From NCBI GenBank assembly GCA_977016875.1, contig CDRNST010000120.1, positions 248,001 to 312,000 on the forward strand: 64,000 bases of DNA, in the 5' to 3' direction. The notes under the pieces were generated by a model that ran no database searches, was not told where the DNA came from, and saw nothing but the letters and a program-made list of their open reading frames with translations. This stretch comes from Pavona decussata (taxonomy: Eukaryota). Below are positions 1 to 25,100 of the stretch, in pieces. How positions within the stretch are numbered: the first letter of the stretch is position 1; every line of letters begins with the position of its first letter. The translations under genes and the position numbers were made by a program.

Positions 1-1239
1 GGGTAACACAGTTCCTATTTTCACGTCCGCGCTTCTAGAACACGAAATCAAAACCACAGAGAGACCGAGTGACGTTATACACCCAATCCAACAATGGCTG
101 ACATTCTTTTGTCCGTGTTCAAATTAGCTTCACTAGTATCGTCCAGGATAAAATACTCTTTAGATATTTGAACTGTAGAACGAGGCTAGTGACGCTAATT
201 TGAATGTAGACAAAAGAATATTAACATGGCAGCCAGTTTTGTACTGGGTCTATAAATCGGGAAAATTCCACCGCGCTCTCGAACATTAAGACCTGTTGTC
301 ATAGCGCATTACCCATTGTCACCTCCCTCATTATAAGTCATGGTACCCACTGCCGGGTCTGTGCACAGCAGCCAGCTCTGAACAGCGGATGTTCACAGCC
401 TACCCAGGGCTAGGAGAGAGCCACAGTCAAATGAAACTTATGTAGAGGGAGGGGAGGGTGGATAGCGATCTCTTGAAGAGATCGCACTTTCATAGGATAA
501 AATCATCACCTTTTGGGGATGAAAATTGAGCTGTAACTGGAACTATTTGTCAAAAAGAATTGGTTCCTTTAAAAGGTAAAATATGAAGTCGAAATCACCA
601 ACAAAACAAGATACTGATAACTTTTAGGGTTTCCTTTCGAAGTTATCATTTTATAAAGTGAAAACCATGAGCTGGAAATAAATGTTGCAGTAAATCACAA
701 ACATCTGTTTAATTACTTTGTCATAAAATGAAAAATTAAGATGACTTTTATAAGGACACTCTTATACTAGTTAAGAAAACTTATTGAAAATTACATAAAA
801 ATACAACACCAAAAACAAAAATATCTTAGTTTATACCTTAAATATAGGGTAATTTAATATTTAATACATATTACTTCAAAAGTGAGTTTTAAAACAACAC
901 AATCGTAAGATCTACTTTAAAACCCTTAAATATGTCTTCACTAGCATCAACAAAAGAGTTACCGTAGATTCTGATAACTATAACTTCTTCTTTCACGCCA
1001 TAAGCTCGAACCCAGAGTAGTTCCCCCTAATTAACTCACTGGCGTTATTTAACTCCAAATGTTTCAAACGTTCATAACAAAAAAAGTTTGAAGAATGCTG
1101 AAAATGCTGTTTTCTCTTGTAGTTGCAAAAGCTAGTAATAATCAACTCATTATAATTGATACTCAATTATTCATTCATGCATAATTATAAAAGAAACAAA
1201 CAATTGAGTTATTAAGTCTCTGCGTCAACCCAAAGGATT

Positions 1240-2140
1240 CATCGCCAGAAATTCGGGACATTTGAGCCCGCGTAAGGGTATGCGGATTCCGCCTTGAAAT
1301 CTACCATATGCACAAATAAAAATTGGCGGAGCGTGTCCAGCGAAAGCGAAGTCTTACGGTCGACTACTCCCAATTAAATTCTTTGTCATCGGTTTTATTG
1401 TACGACACAAATATCAAAACTCCCGCAAAAAAAATGGTAATAACCGCTGGGCGAAAACGATGACTATGGGCTCATATACGGCTGATGAGAAGCAAAAGTT
1501 AGGCATACACAACCGTAGTTTATGTTTAGTGGTGAAACCACTGATCTAAAATATTGCGTCAACATAAAACTAGAGGAAAATGGCTTTCAAATGGTGTTTT
1601 TTGGAGCAAAATTAGGGTACAAGCGGCCGAAATATCGCAGTTCAAAGATAGCAGATTTCAGGATTTTAGCGTGGAATGCCATGGGATGTTCACTGAAGTC
1701 CATTTTTCGTGGTTTTCAAAAGCAAAAAGGAAACATCGAAATTAATGGTACGGAGCTGTGAGACACACGGTGAGTTATTTTAACGTATATATTTTTCATT
1801 CCTGCATACACATTTTAACGATCGCATTCGGTTTTACGATAATCGTTGGTTATAAACTATGATTTCTGATGTTGTCGATAATTCTCCCTCTACGCCTTGT
1901 AATTTTTCGCGTTAAAACTGCTTGCAGAAAACGTTCAAAAGGAAACATGAAATTTGAAGTCTCCACTTTCATTTGTGCACAACGTGTTTTGTAATAGATC
2001 ATCCTAATTCTTCAAGAACTATTCCATTAAATATTTCATTCTCCATACATTTTCTTTATACATTTTGCGTTCGCTTCAAGGCTAAAGCTACCGCAGGATA
2101 TCACATTCGCAGGCTCAAATGTCCCCAATTTCTAGCGATG
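1240..2140. mobile_element. Degenerate non-autonomous DNA transposon-like segment bounded by ~33-bp inverted repeats
   Basis: CATCGCCAGAAATTCGGGACATTTGAGCCCGCG at 1240 matches the reverse complement of CGCAGGCTCAAATGTCCCCAATTTCTAGCGATG ending at 2140. No TSD or coding capacity identified. Confidence 0.5.
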
Positions 2141-2366
2141 GCTGACCAAGTTAGCTGCCAGTGAAAAAGGGACAGGGCGCAAAAAAAATCAGCGTGCCAA
2201 GTAAACCACGCGAGACTTGGGGAGAGGAAAGAAACGACTATTCTGCCCATCTCTAAGATTCCTATAGTCCGCTCCATTCATGCAAAATTCCTGCGCCTTA
2301 TACCTCGCCAGTAGTTATCTAAAAATAATAAAAGCCGAGTTACCACACTCAGCTTTGGCACCATGC

Positions 2367-2532
2367 AATAGGCCATTTCCGAGTTGCTGTGAACCTCACT
2401 ATGAGGTGCAAAGTTTTTATTATGAAAATTAGTTTCCATTCATAAGCAAACGAAACTAATTTTCATATGAAAAGGTTTGCACTTAGCCTCGCTTTCATAA
2501 TGAGGTTCACAGCAACTCGGAAATGGCCTATT
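2367..2532. mobile_element. MITE with ~32-bp terminal inverted repeats
   Basis: AATAGGCCATTTCCGAGTTGCTGTGAACCTCA ... TGAGGTTCACAGCAACTCGGAAATGGCCTATT, plus internal inverted symmetry. Confidence 0.8.
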
Positions 2533-2828
2533 ATACCAACATCTATCTAACTTGGAATGCTGAAATCGTTCCGTTTTAAGTGAATATAAAAGTAAAGATT
2601 TTTTTCTTTTGAAACAATCGCACTAGTTCACAAATGTGATAAAGTTAAAGTCAATCACCGCAGAAGGGGTGGCTTTCCTTGTCTTGTTTTACTGCTGATT
2701 ACAGCTGTGATTAAACTGCCAAAGTTGAGGCACCAATAACGCTGATAAATGTGAGTCCAACTTTACAACGTTGTCTGGGACCCGACAAAAAGGCGATGAG
2801 CAATCCAACATGTTTACGGTCGTTGTGC

Positions 2829-12803
<9,975 letters not shown>

Positions 12804-13850
12804 TGGTATCAAGTACAACAACAGGAATGAGGTTCATGGACACTGCTCTCAGCTATCATTTGGCCCTAGAAATTAACAACAAAAAAGAATCATGAGTAAG
12901 ATAAAACATCCCTACCCAGAAAATCTCCTCAATTGCAGCATAATTTGGGCCAACTCTTTTCAGGACGTACTCCCTTGTTTTTGTTTTGTTTGTTTTGTGT
13001 TAGCTCATTTTTGAATTAATTTTTCAAAACTTTATTTTTTATGAGTTTATGCATCAATGCACAAAATAATAAAACTTGTCTTTATAAACTTAACCCTAGC
13101 CTCCTGAACAATCAAATCAAAATTTGAGCAAAATGTGAAATAATCCATGTTGTCATGGTGATGACAAGTACTTATAATGAACATGTCATAGCTGATCTAC
13201 CACTTAGCTATATTTTGCTTTGAATTTTGTGATTCGTTAATTGTGCACTCCTATGTCTTAAACATGCATGCTTAATATTTTATGATCCATAATTATAGTT
13301 AGATAGTTTGCAGCTTAACAAAGGACAATCACTTAAATTGCTTGCATACCACATGTTTAATTGCCTGTAATTAACGATGTATGTCTTTAAATACTTTGCT
13401 AGGACAATGTACTTATAAAATAGATCATTAATTTTTTTTCTAAATGGAGTTCCATCTCTTATCTTTGAGACATCTCTTGTAGACAAAAATGAATAGTCAA
13501 GAGCCATTCAAATCTAGATCTAATATCACGCACAACTACGATAAAAGCAATACGGTTGAGAGATTTTCAGTGCTACATATAAATCAACTGAATATTAATG
13601 AGTTCAGGAAACAGTCCATTGAATCAAAGGGTACTTTTGATTCCTTTTTAAGAAGGAAGCTAATAATTCTTCACGATAAATTTAACGTGGAATGTAAACC
13701 AAAACTTTTTAACCTAACATAATGAATGTTTTAAGCCATTTTAACAAGTGCACAAGAAACAAAAAATTTCCGGTGTAAACTCTGATACTGAAGTAAACCT
13801 AAATCCATGACTCGCCGTAACGTCGAGACAGTATTTTTTGTTAAACTTAC

Positions 13851-13934
13851 TCTCCCAATTGAAGGAGACTTTGGACTAAATCCTTCCGCCCGTTAAGTAG
13901 GAAAGTTTTACGCTTCGATTTTCACAGCGCTTGA
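13851..13934 (-). other. Probable non-coding 5' UTR exon of KANK
   Basis: Strong acceptor (TTTTCCCTGGCTTCTCTCCAG) and donor (GTAAGT). The 84 nt contain stops in all three frames. A further candidate donor (GTGAGT) begins at 14454. Confidence 0.45.
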
Positions 13935-16900
13935 CTGGAGAGAAGCCAGGGAAAATAGTAAAGGTTGTCGTTTTAGCCGAATTTATAAATAGACAACTAA
14001 GGACTAGGGGGTTAATTTCTAAAGAAACTAATGCAGGGTTAATACATGTAAAAATTAGGATACTCTGAAACTCGAAGAGTAATTTTTTCGGACCCAAAAT
14101 TCAATGACTTGGGTTATGGAATGTCGTGACCAAAAGAAAATACTGCTAAGTTAATTTTACGATACCCATATCAACTTAAATACTTTTATACCAGCTGTTT
14201 TAACCCGATGAAGCCAGTTAGACGCAGTAACATCACTCTTTTCAAGAACCAGAAACAGAAATTTCAAAAAGGAACATTAGCGCCTTCAAAACAGCTGTGT
14301 GCGGATAAGTTGTAATCAATGTAATGGAGTTGCGTCGACGATCGAATCACTAAAACAACGAGATCGGAACGTTGATCGCCGTTTCACGGGATAGACTAGA
14401 TCAACATAAGAAGCTGCTACAAATGGCTAATATTCAGTCCATATTTGAACTCACTTTAGAAAATGTTGCGTAGTTTGCGCTTTCATCCCAAGCTAAAATA
14501 TTCTTGGCACCGTCTTCGCTGTATCACACTTGAATCCAACCACACATGACTTGTCGCGGGATTGACAGTAAATTCACGTGCGCTCGAATTTCAAGTGATG
14601 TGCACTGTGTGCATCGTTACCGGCTAGATAAAATTACACTTTTTATTATATCAATCTCTTGAATGATACGACAGCCTGTTTATCTTTCCTTATCTACAAC
14701 GTTAAAACGCCGTAGGACCAATATCCATTACAAACGACGAAACGCTGTGTGCTAATTACCACAGCAATATCTTCTGCTCATACAAATATCCCGGGAAATA
14801 TGTATTAACACAATTTTCGCTCTACAGCTCACTTTGCAGTAGAATCGTTAACAAACTCGAGCTAAATTATATGAGTGTTTCTATAGTTTTTGACCATCTT
14901 CGTTTACATCTCGTGACATACAAGGCGTAAACATCAACAACCTGATTGATACCATTAAAAATGTGAAACGTACTATGTAAGTAAATACGAAATGGACCTC
15001 ATTTCACGCGATTCACGCAAACTTAACCACGTCCACATTCTTACTCAAAAGTATTAATCTGCTAGATTAAAATGGCTATAGGTCTGAAACAGACACTAAT
15101 CCCTGTTTCGTGTTTTATGGAAAGAGCAAACCATCGTCACCTAAGACCGGAGAATTGATAATGCAATTGTGAACAGCCATAGTCTAGAAGACTTAATTTC
15201 CGTGATATCCTTAGAAGTTCCTAAAGATACACAGGATGTAGTTATCTTCAGTTATGCTTAGGAATTTGTGGGTGAATATTTACCGCATTTAATGTGGTCC
15301 ACTTATAAACCCCTAAAATTATAAAATAAAGTGAATGAAATCTTAACATCATCTTCCAATGAAAGCTACTTAGCAGAACTTTCTTCTAGTCCTATTTCTT
15401 TCTTGGTATAAATTTGTAGTAAGAAATTTGGGTTATTTTTCTGGTGAACAGAATGGAACCTTAATCCTGTAAGCTTTGAATGGGAATGCCATGAATACGC
15501 GAATGACGCACTGGCCAGTACAAAAGATGGGATCCATGAAGAAATCACGAAAGAAAATACAGTTTTGTTGATACAAAATCAGAGTACTCAAGAGATAAAT
15601 GAATTTCATTTCCATGGTGTAAATTTAAGTGACATAAACGTTTCCAGTCCAAAATCTGTTGTGTATAAAATTTGTCAGAGGTAATTCGTTTACTCTAAAC
15701 CATTCTTTGCTAAATAATGGACTAGAAACATGGCCTCATGGGGAGCTGGCAATTAGCAAAAAAAGGTTTTCTATTTAGTAAACTTATCCCTGAGAATCAA
15801 ATTTATAAGTACTCTGTGAGTTAAAAATCGCCACGGCTTTTGATCTTTATGTGAGGGCCACGAGAAAGTGCACGGTAATATCAAGTACGTATTATCCACA
15901 GCATAAACAATATACACAAAATTTTCTTTATCAAAGAACAATAGCAAGAAAAAGGGCAAACATTGCGTACCTCTTGAACGGAGCGTGTTTTGTACTGTCT
16001 TGCACAGGAATCCTCAGTAAAATTCAACGTTACCCCAAGTTTTCGTTGATACCGTGGTATCTGAAACGTATGAATGCACAAGAGAGTAATCAGCTGTGAA
16101 CAGTTAGCCTCCAATATTAACGGCGCAGCTGACAACGTGGCTTGTTGACTTGGTTTTAGACCACATCCGAAATGAATTGAAACCTAAACGATTTGGCTAG
16201 CTGAGAGTCACTCCTCGAAATTCAAAGCATCGATTTCCTCTGTCTGATCTCAGAAGTCGAGGTTGTGACCTGGCTGTGTGGTTCTTTGTGTTCAAACTTA
16301 CCTTATTCTTGCAAGCTCGAATTGTGCGCACTTGCTTTTGACAAATTGCTGAAATGTGCACCAGGGCACAGTTTAGATATGTTTTGCATGACAAAAGATT
16401 CTCGGGAATATTTTCATAATCGTTTGAGAAAAGCGCCATAAAAGAACTTATTATCGGTACATTGCCAGAAGATCAACCACCTTTCGTTTGAAATCGACAA
16501 CCGTGTTCGATTTCAAAACCACAGACTGTGTAATTTTTTTTATCAAACACATTTGAACGGGATGGCTTCGCCATAGCTGCACGTTCCAACTTTTCCACAG
16601 CTCAAGAATTCACATTTACCATAAAACTAACATGACTGAACTTTAATTTAAGCGCATAGCAACGAAGCCTTCAACGCAGCAAGGCTTTAACCTGAAAGAG
16701 CATTGTACATAAAGATGAAATACGTCTGTTGTGCGAGTCAAAGTTCAATTAAACACGAGCTTACCTGTGTTAGATTCCTCAGTGACCAGGTGGGCTTGAT
16801 CTTTGTCTTCTTTATTAAAACGAAGCTTATCTGTTAACAAATCCTAATAAATGCATTTTTTTTTTCATGAATGGGGAGGCTTTACTCCAACAACATGGCT

Positions 16901-18269
16901 GACCCCGAGCCGCAGTGATATTTTAGCGGATGTTTATTTCAGTACGGCAGCCCATAACCGCGTGAAAGATCGACTTTGATTGACATATTCATTGACGCAG
17001 AGCATAAAAGTTTGCATTCTTTAGTGTGTCACGCAAGAGTGTGCGTGACAGTAATTCCCAATCATTTGCAATGGATCTTTGCAATGCCAAAAACAAAAAC
17101 ATTGAGGCACTGGGCGTTCATATGTGGTTTAAAACTTGGTTAACAGATGCTAGAGAACCTGCTGTTTTCTTTCTGTACAGTACCGTCGATCCCGGAAAAT
17201 CAGGATCAGGGAACAAGAAGAGAGGATGAAGGACTGAGTTAAGGAAATTACGTAAGTTGGGGAGTCGCTGCATTGCAAAAAGACAGACTACGCTGTTTTT
17301 CCTTTCCCTTCATGGTAAAAGGGTAATAAAAAAAATAGGAAACAGGGCATTACACTGTAGAAAACAACAAAGGCATCTCAAGTTATCACAAGGTAACACC
17401 AGATATTACACAACATCGAAGGATACCACACGGCATCATGCATCACAGGCTATAACATGTCCTTACAGGATATCACAAGGTATCACACAGCATCACAAGG
17501 CTAAAACGTGCAACAATACAAATCGCCGGATGAAAAAAGGCCCAATTTTTCCTTTCCACGAGAGAATCTCAGTAGCTCACACCGTCAAAGGAAAGTGACG
17601 GGCTTTAAGATTTTTGTTTGTTTGTTTTTGTTGTTGTTTTTTTGTATAATTCATTCCCCAGAAAAACTGGCAAATCGTAAAAAAATCAACCGAAACATTG
17701 GTTTGCTTTGCTAATCTCTGATTGGTTTTAAGCAAAACAGTTGTGGTACTGGTACATGTATTTTCTTTGCATGCTGATTGGTTCATCGCGGTATTTGTGT
17801 CTGTTGTGATTGACCAGAGTAATTACTTTGGTTAGTCAGTTGAAACCACTCTAACTTCACAAGCAAGATGAGAGGTGGTGTAATTGCTTTACCTATGACT
17901 TGAATTTTTCTGGACACGATTCAAACGCGACTTATAAATGCAGCCAGAGTGAAGCTGGAGAAATCATTTGTTCAGTCCCACGAAGAATAAGTTTGGTTTT
18001 GGCACAGACAATGATTAAACTGTTTGTCTAAAAGGTTAATCAAGGACGGTTGTTCTAATTCAATCCCCAGCTGGTTTTCATCAGAGGTAGGAAATTGTAA
18101 GCTGGGTATAGCGATGGCCAACAGCGCTAAAAGCTGATGATATGATTACTGCTTTTCAACAGAGACGGGACAGCTGAAAGGTAGAAACACTATAGTAACC
18201 GGATGAGGTAGCTCGCGTTGCCAAGTTTCTTGTCCATTTAACCTTTGCCATACCCACCGATAAAATAAC

Positions 18270-18430
18270 CATTAAGCTCTCGTTCAACCACACCTTGAAA
18301 TGCTTTAGCCGCATGGAATCCTTACCACGAGAATGCTGTCAACAAACTTGAACAAGTTCGAAGAAATGTAGCTCGTTTTGTTATGAAGTATTTTCGTGAG
18401 TCATTTTTAACCGAACTGAAATGGCCAGTT
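18270..18430 (+). pseudogene. Old LINE (CR1-group) ORF2 C-terminal remnant
   Basis: With one frameshift reads ALVQPHLE-YALAAWNPYHENAVNKLEQVRRNVARFV...LTELKWP, the typical LVRPHLEYxxxxWxP...LExVQRRAARFV...LxWP post-RT motif. Confidence 0.75.
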
Positions 18431-19124
18431 CACCACATATATTTAGACCTTTTTATTCTTTAACACAGTAACTATCCTCTAGTCTCCGACATTTCCCACG
18501 ACACTCTCCTTTAACATTCGACATCGGAAAGAGTGTCTTAACGAGCGTTGTGATTGGTCACCACTCATGCCTCGTTTTCATCTGTGTTTTGGCGTGCGAA
18601 CTTAGCATACGATTTGCGCGCTTGGTATCGGCGACATGTTATCGTTTACAGTTCTGATTGGTTCCTTAAGTTATTCGAATTCGCTATGATTGGCTATTTG
18701 CGATCACTTTGCTTTTCCTTTTACTACATTCCATAGAAGAAACTCAACACGAACAAAAAAAATTTCCGGTATATATCCAACATCGCAAATCCGGTGATCT
18801 TTACCAAACTCGCGACAAAACCTTTCTCTCTTTCATTAAATATAATTTAATTTAAAAATTTGAAAATATAACAAGAATTTTAAGGCGCGGTTGGCACCTT
18901 GGCTACGGATCGTTTCAATCAGTCATTTTGACCTCACCACTACAGCTATCGAAATTTTTATATTCAAAAAAACAGATCACTGTTTTTCACCACGCTTTAT
19001 CTTCCTTCAGTCCTCAAGGATAACCAAACTGAAAGCGTTCCCGTTGACACTAGAGAGACGCGTATAGCATTGTAGCTTTAGTTATATTACAACTCCATAT
19101 TCCAAGGGAGTATTAATTAAATCG

Positions 19125-22100
19125 CTAGCGTTCTTCAACAAAAATAGTTTCTTGTGGATAAAGTCCCACTGACTGTAGAGATCCTGTTATATCCAGCGCA
19201 GAAAGCTGCAGAAGGAAATGAAATTAAGTTTTAAAACATTTCCATAACACAATTTAAGAGAAACCTAGACACTACTATTTATTGTTTCTGCTATAACCGG
19301 TATTAGAGCACACAACAGCAAATACAAATGGTTCACAGACAGAGCGGTTTTCAATTGTGTCGTAAAAACAAAAAAAAAAGAACGCGGTGCAATTACGCTG
19401 GCCACTCACAACCAATTAGAGCTCGAAGCAAATACTGTACATATAATCATCACAAGCGCGGGAAAATGTTTGCGAGCGAGTCACGATTTAATTTTTGCGT
19501 TTGGTTCTCACTGGTTGAGAATATGGCGCGAGTTTACTGAGCTGACGAGTCACGGAGCGCAGCAAAGTAAAATCAAACCAAATGCGAAATTACTTCCGAC
19601 ATTCGTATTAAAAACCGCTCTAGAGTGAGTCAGAGCAGAAAACCTGTCACGTCTTTGGATGCGATGTACCAACATGGAATGCAAAGGGTCAGAGGAAATG
19701 AAATAAGATGAAATTTGTTGAAAGAAAATCATGAAATTACACTTACGTCTCTCCGGGGGAAATTTGTCACTACTTTGTATTCACTGTCCAGAAAACCTTG
19801 CGTCTGAACAAAGGTTAACACAACCTGCCAAAAAAAGCACAAGATTAAACAGGAAGCAAGTCTGTAGTTCGTAAGCTGTGAAACACACATTCGTGAGTAA
19901 AAATAATGTGACGTAATATTGATTAAAACCATACCTGCAGTGGGTTACTGGCCAGGAATCTCCTTGTCACGGTTTCTCCATTAGGAAATCTAAACCGGAG
20001 GTTAGACACCGGAGCTGTACACTCAGACCCAGGCTCCGCAGGAAGGTGGTCCATAAGCGACAATCGTTGGGCCTAGAAACGAATAAACAAGAAAGGACAT
20101 GGTTGGTTCAGTGGTGTTCAAGACCAAATTTGGAGTCATGCGCCTCTATCTTGCCCTGGTAATTATTGTATCAGACAAGGTTCTCAGCAGGTTGACGGGT
20201 TGCAACTTGCCGAGGTTAGGGTCGGTATCCGCGGTTTCAAGTTGCGGGTTTTTGGTTAAACTTGAGTGAAAACAATTAAAACTTAAGCATGCAGCAGCAA
20301 TAAAACCTCAGTCTTGTAGCACATTTCCTCTCTTGGGGCTGCTGGGTGAGATTCTATAAACTGACCGTTCAAACCAAAAGGACTCGGCCATTCGCTGTTT
20401 CAATTTTTCCACCTGGAAATTTGGTGAAACTTCTCCAGCAAATTTTCATTTTGCTATATTTATAGAATGTTGGAGCTTTTCCACCGAAGGAGTAATTGTT
20501 ATACCTCTTTAAGCTGTGCTTCATGAAGAGCTTGTTCTTCATGCAGTTTTTTGGAAAGTATTTCCTCCTCTTCTTGTCTTCTCTTCTCTTCAGCCTGCGC
20601 AGAAAAATGAGAAAGAAAATAAACAATGCGCTTAATGATGGATTATTGACACCAATCTGAATTCTTGACTATCCGGAATCTTTACACAGGGCCATTTAGA
20701 CTTGTTGGAGAAAATTCGAGACAATGCTTCATGAGTCCTGGAACAAAACAAACTCTGAACAGATGACAAGGTTTTATGGCCAAGAGTATTCACTATGAAA
20801 GTACAGTCGAACCTCTTTATTACGGACACCAAGGGGACAGGGATAAGTGTCCGCATTATAGAGGTGTCCGTTTTAAAGAGGTAGGTTTTATATGGATTTC
20901 GGTCTCTCAGGGACCAAGTGAACTGTCTGTAACAGAGAGGTGTCCGTATTAAAGAGGTGTCCGTAAAGAGAGGTTACACTGTATGGGAACCGTGAACCCC
21001 ACGACAATAGGGTGCCTTGATAGTTCAAAACCTTCTGACTGAATACTGGCAGGAGCCCATTACCCGTTTAAACAGAAAAAAGGTTCCAAGGTTTAAATTG
21101 AGAGAATAAAAAATATCAATTTAAAATCCGGTACCAAAACGTCTTTAGCGAAAAAGACAAAGTGCTGATTAACTTTTTCGCCCCTTGGCCCTGAACACAA
21201 ATAATCAAATGCGTACGACCTAGATCTAACAGAGAATCAGGCAACTCTAACCTTAGCTCTGTCTTGACGGAGAGAGGCCTGGTACGCTTCATCCTGTTCT
21301 CTCTTCACCAGTTCCCTCGCTTCTCTTTCTTCCTGGAAACGTTACAATTACACGACAGTAAACAAGTGGACACACTTGAGAACCTCTCATTTATTTTTAT
21401 GACGCCTTTCCAATCGGAGACTTGCCAGGTGCTACCCTTCAGAACAAACTGTGATAACGTGAATATGAGTCCGTCGCATTTTCTCGAGGGTAAGACCAAG
21501 AGTGTTATAATTGGGAGCTTCTGCAGCCCCCCTGTGATCCAAATTATTTGTTGGCGTTTTCTGTGTGTTTCCATAGAAAGCCTCTAATAGACCATCGGCC
21601 AAGAGATACATGATAGCGCGCAAAAACTTCCTGCTTAACGGAGGGGAGGGTTGGCCACAACACTACAAACATTCGGTCACCACAACCCTCCCCTCCCCTG
21701 CCCTGCCCTCCTCTCATTAAATGCAGTTTTCAGGTTAATGTACACTTTGCGATCACTACATAATGCGCCTTGTTGGAAAGGTTGAACTTGTCAGAGCGCT
21801 GTGTGCATGATGAAGCATGCACAGTGCTGCCAAAATTAATACGGCTGTAGCGCGTACCTCCTCCCTGATTTCAACATCCATGGCTTGCTGGAATGTCTCG
21901 TGTGCACTCATTAGTCCTGTCATGAGTTCATCAAGGGTCACTGAACCTGTTGCCAACAAATAACACGCATTGGAATCAAGTAATGAAACTTTCATCAAGT
22001 GGCGACACGTATATTGCTAATCAATAGACAATTTCCAAACGGAAAAGTGTAATTAGGAGCAAAATGCGCAGCAAAATCTCTTTAAAACAGCCCAACTCGG

Positions 22101-25100
22101 GACTAGCCAATCTGTCGTGGCTACCTTACGAGTTAGGAAATTAAATAATAGCTAAAACAGGACATTTTAAGGCCAACGACCCTGTTGATTTAGGAAGTCA
22201 CTTAGGACATGTGCAATCATTGACAGATATGATAGTGGGGCTGTCAATAGCCTGCTACCGAGCTCTCTGATTTGGGGTCTCAAGCGAGCCGCGAAAGGAT
22301 TGATCTGCCCCAATCCCCTCTCGGTTCGCTTCGCTCGTCGCTTGCTCCCCAAATATATGTTTTACGTGAGAACCCAATTGGAAAGCTTGCTAGCAGGTTA
22401 GGCTGTCAACTGAGTGTCGCAAGCGTTCGCTTTGCTTTGATTGTACCTTGATACGCTTTTTCAGTGCTGATTGGTTAAAAACAGTCCCCACACTCAACAG
22501 ATGGGAGTTAACGTCAGCGTGCGGAAGGACAGTAGTTCGACTCTTAGTTCGACTCAGATTTTTTCGTCCCATGTTAAAAAAGGGAATCTCTTTTAAAAGG
22601 AATGAAACCTTCTTCCCACTCTTGGCACTGGTTGTACAACTCCTGCTTTGAGTTCTAATTGATTCACGGGTTGTTCACGCTTCCTTCGATTACTCTATCG
22701 CGTAACTACTTTGGCGTTGGATTGAATTAAAAAGCCACTAAGACGGGGCATGATATTTATTCACAGTTGATGAGATTCCTTTACCTTGAATAACTGAACA
22801 TATTTCCATAGCTGATCTGTTTTTTAATCCAACGATCAGAAGCGGATACTGCTCGGCCCCAAACCCCCGGACCGTGCTGGCGGCCACACTGCCAAAGTGC
22901 TGCGTCACCATATCCAAGAATCTAGAACAACGATTCACGCATACGAGTACATACGTCAAACAAGGACAAGAGATAGTGATTAATTAAACAGAAGACCAAT
23001 ATGACCAGCTTCCAGTTGAATTGATAGCTCAGTTGGTAGAGTACTGCACCGGCATCACGGAGCTCATGGGTTTGAATCCCCGGCGTTCAAGCCAAAATTT
23101 TCTACGGGCTTTCTTTCGCAACTGCTTTTAAGTTCTGTTGCGCAAATAGCTGCGAGGGTCTCCTTCTACTTTATCCTCCATCCTCAGTTCAAATATACGT
23201 TTCATATATTCCGCATAGAGATTAATTAAGCGCACAAGACTTAAATGAAATAACTAGATTTAGCGGTAAAAGCCGAGGAGAGAGAAATTTAAACTCTGAG
23301 TTAATCGAAATCTGGAGCAGCCGAGCTGATTAATTAAACTTGTTTAAGGCACGCGTGCATGAACTTCGGTTAAGACTGTACATCAGCTGTAAATCAATCA
23401 ATTTTGAGAGAATTAAGTTGCGTTAAAGGGTAGCGTATGCCAGTTTTAACAATATGAAAAACAGCTTCTTGGCCTACTATGCATCCGTCTCCGCCTGCAA
23501 TTGAGATGAATCTTAACATTTGGTCGGGGCTTTGGTTTAAACGGTGCGTTTCTAGAAGTTGTTGTGGTCGGCCAGCTTCAGTGCTACAACAGCCATTGGA
23601 ATAAACACTTCGTACAAAGAAAATCGAAAAATGTTGATCCACAGAGTCAAACATGCAGAGAACTACCTTAGCACGTTACCCTGGCACGTTACTTTGCAGT
23701 CATACATGCGCAACTTTGCATTACTACTAGTACCATACCTTACACAATAAAGTGCTACCCGTTTTAAATAAAGACTTTGTGCATGGAGTATATAAATACC
23801 TTGTTCTGTTGGCATCATGGGTCATGTCCCACGCCCACACAACAAAGTTCCCACTGATGTAGTTCACAATGGTCTCGGAGCAAATCAGTTGACTGAGAGA
23901 TGAAGAAAAAAGAAAACATTGTAACTGCTTCGTGATTAAAAGATCTCATCCCCTTGCAAGATACATTTGAAAAACAAAAAGTTAAGTAAGAGAGAATAGT
24001 GTTTGAAACACATCAATCAGGCAATCTCCTTGCTCTAACCCCTTGTGAGTAGCCTTTAGCAGGCTTTAGAAATGGGAAGGGTGAAGAGAATCGGGTCCGT
24101 GAGTGAAGCGCCCCACCGCCTCTCCCCACGCGCTTAATGGTCGCGTCTTATTCCCCTCTTCTCTTCCCCTTTCTAGCAATGCCACGCATGCGCAGGTCAC
24201 CTGTGGGTGATGGAGAGAGATGTGGGAGGGTTGAACGGGTAGGCGGATGATAATTGAAGTAATATATCAAACACGAGGAAGAGTGTTTCCTCCGATTTCC
24301 AAACACCGAGAAGTAGGTACACCAATACCAACCTTCGCACCAACTTTGAGGTGTTTGGAAATAGGAGGAAACACTCTTTCGAGTGTTTGATATAGCTTCT
24401 CAAACTATTGATAATTCTTGGAGAAATTCGAAGCAAAAGTTCACAAAATTTTATGATAATTAAGATCACATCTCTAAACCTCCTTCACGGAAGTAATTTG
24501 CTTTGTTTTGGCTTGATGAATTATTAATGAGTTTGAGAAATAAAAATGAAAGTTTAGCCAATAATTGAAGTTACTTTCTTACCTACAAAATACATTTGTT
24601 AATATACTGGCATCATGATGAAGGTATATGAGCAAAGGTCTTCTCTGAAATAAGAAAAGAACGAGAAACTGTTTAATACGTGTTCACCGACATTTCGGCA
24701 GCCGAAAGCCACATTCAGAATCAACTGATTCCAAGCCTGGAGTAAGAAGCTTCACACATTCATGTGTATGAAATGCTGTGAGCTTCTTCTCCACATCATC
24801 AACTTAAAACTAACTGGCTTAACTTGTTTTAACTTGTTTTTACCTCTTTAGCTGAAGCTCCTCCTGCTTCTTTGATGGCTTCAGCCAGTGGACCCATGTA
24901 AAAGTGAGGGTGTGTTTCACCATACCTACACACGATAATCAGACAAAAGCAAGCGAGCTGTAAATACACACGTCACTGCACAGGCGTGAGACACGTCCTG
25001 GGAAAAATTAGCCTTTGTTTGTTTAAGGCAAATTTACATGTAGCGACTTATCGGGCCGCCTCGGCACAATTTGACAAAGAAAATATGAAGAAAATCAGCC

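Noticed and set aside
17365-17500. 113-aa ORF (17257-17598) with T/H/Q-rich periodicity
   Set aside because: Explained by a degenerate ~10-bp ATCACAAGG-type tandem repeat; no splice or homology support.
23020-23095. Possible tRNA gene
   Set aside because: A and B boxes are present but there is no pairing acceptor stem and it continues into a SINE-like tail; treated as a SINE.
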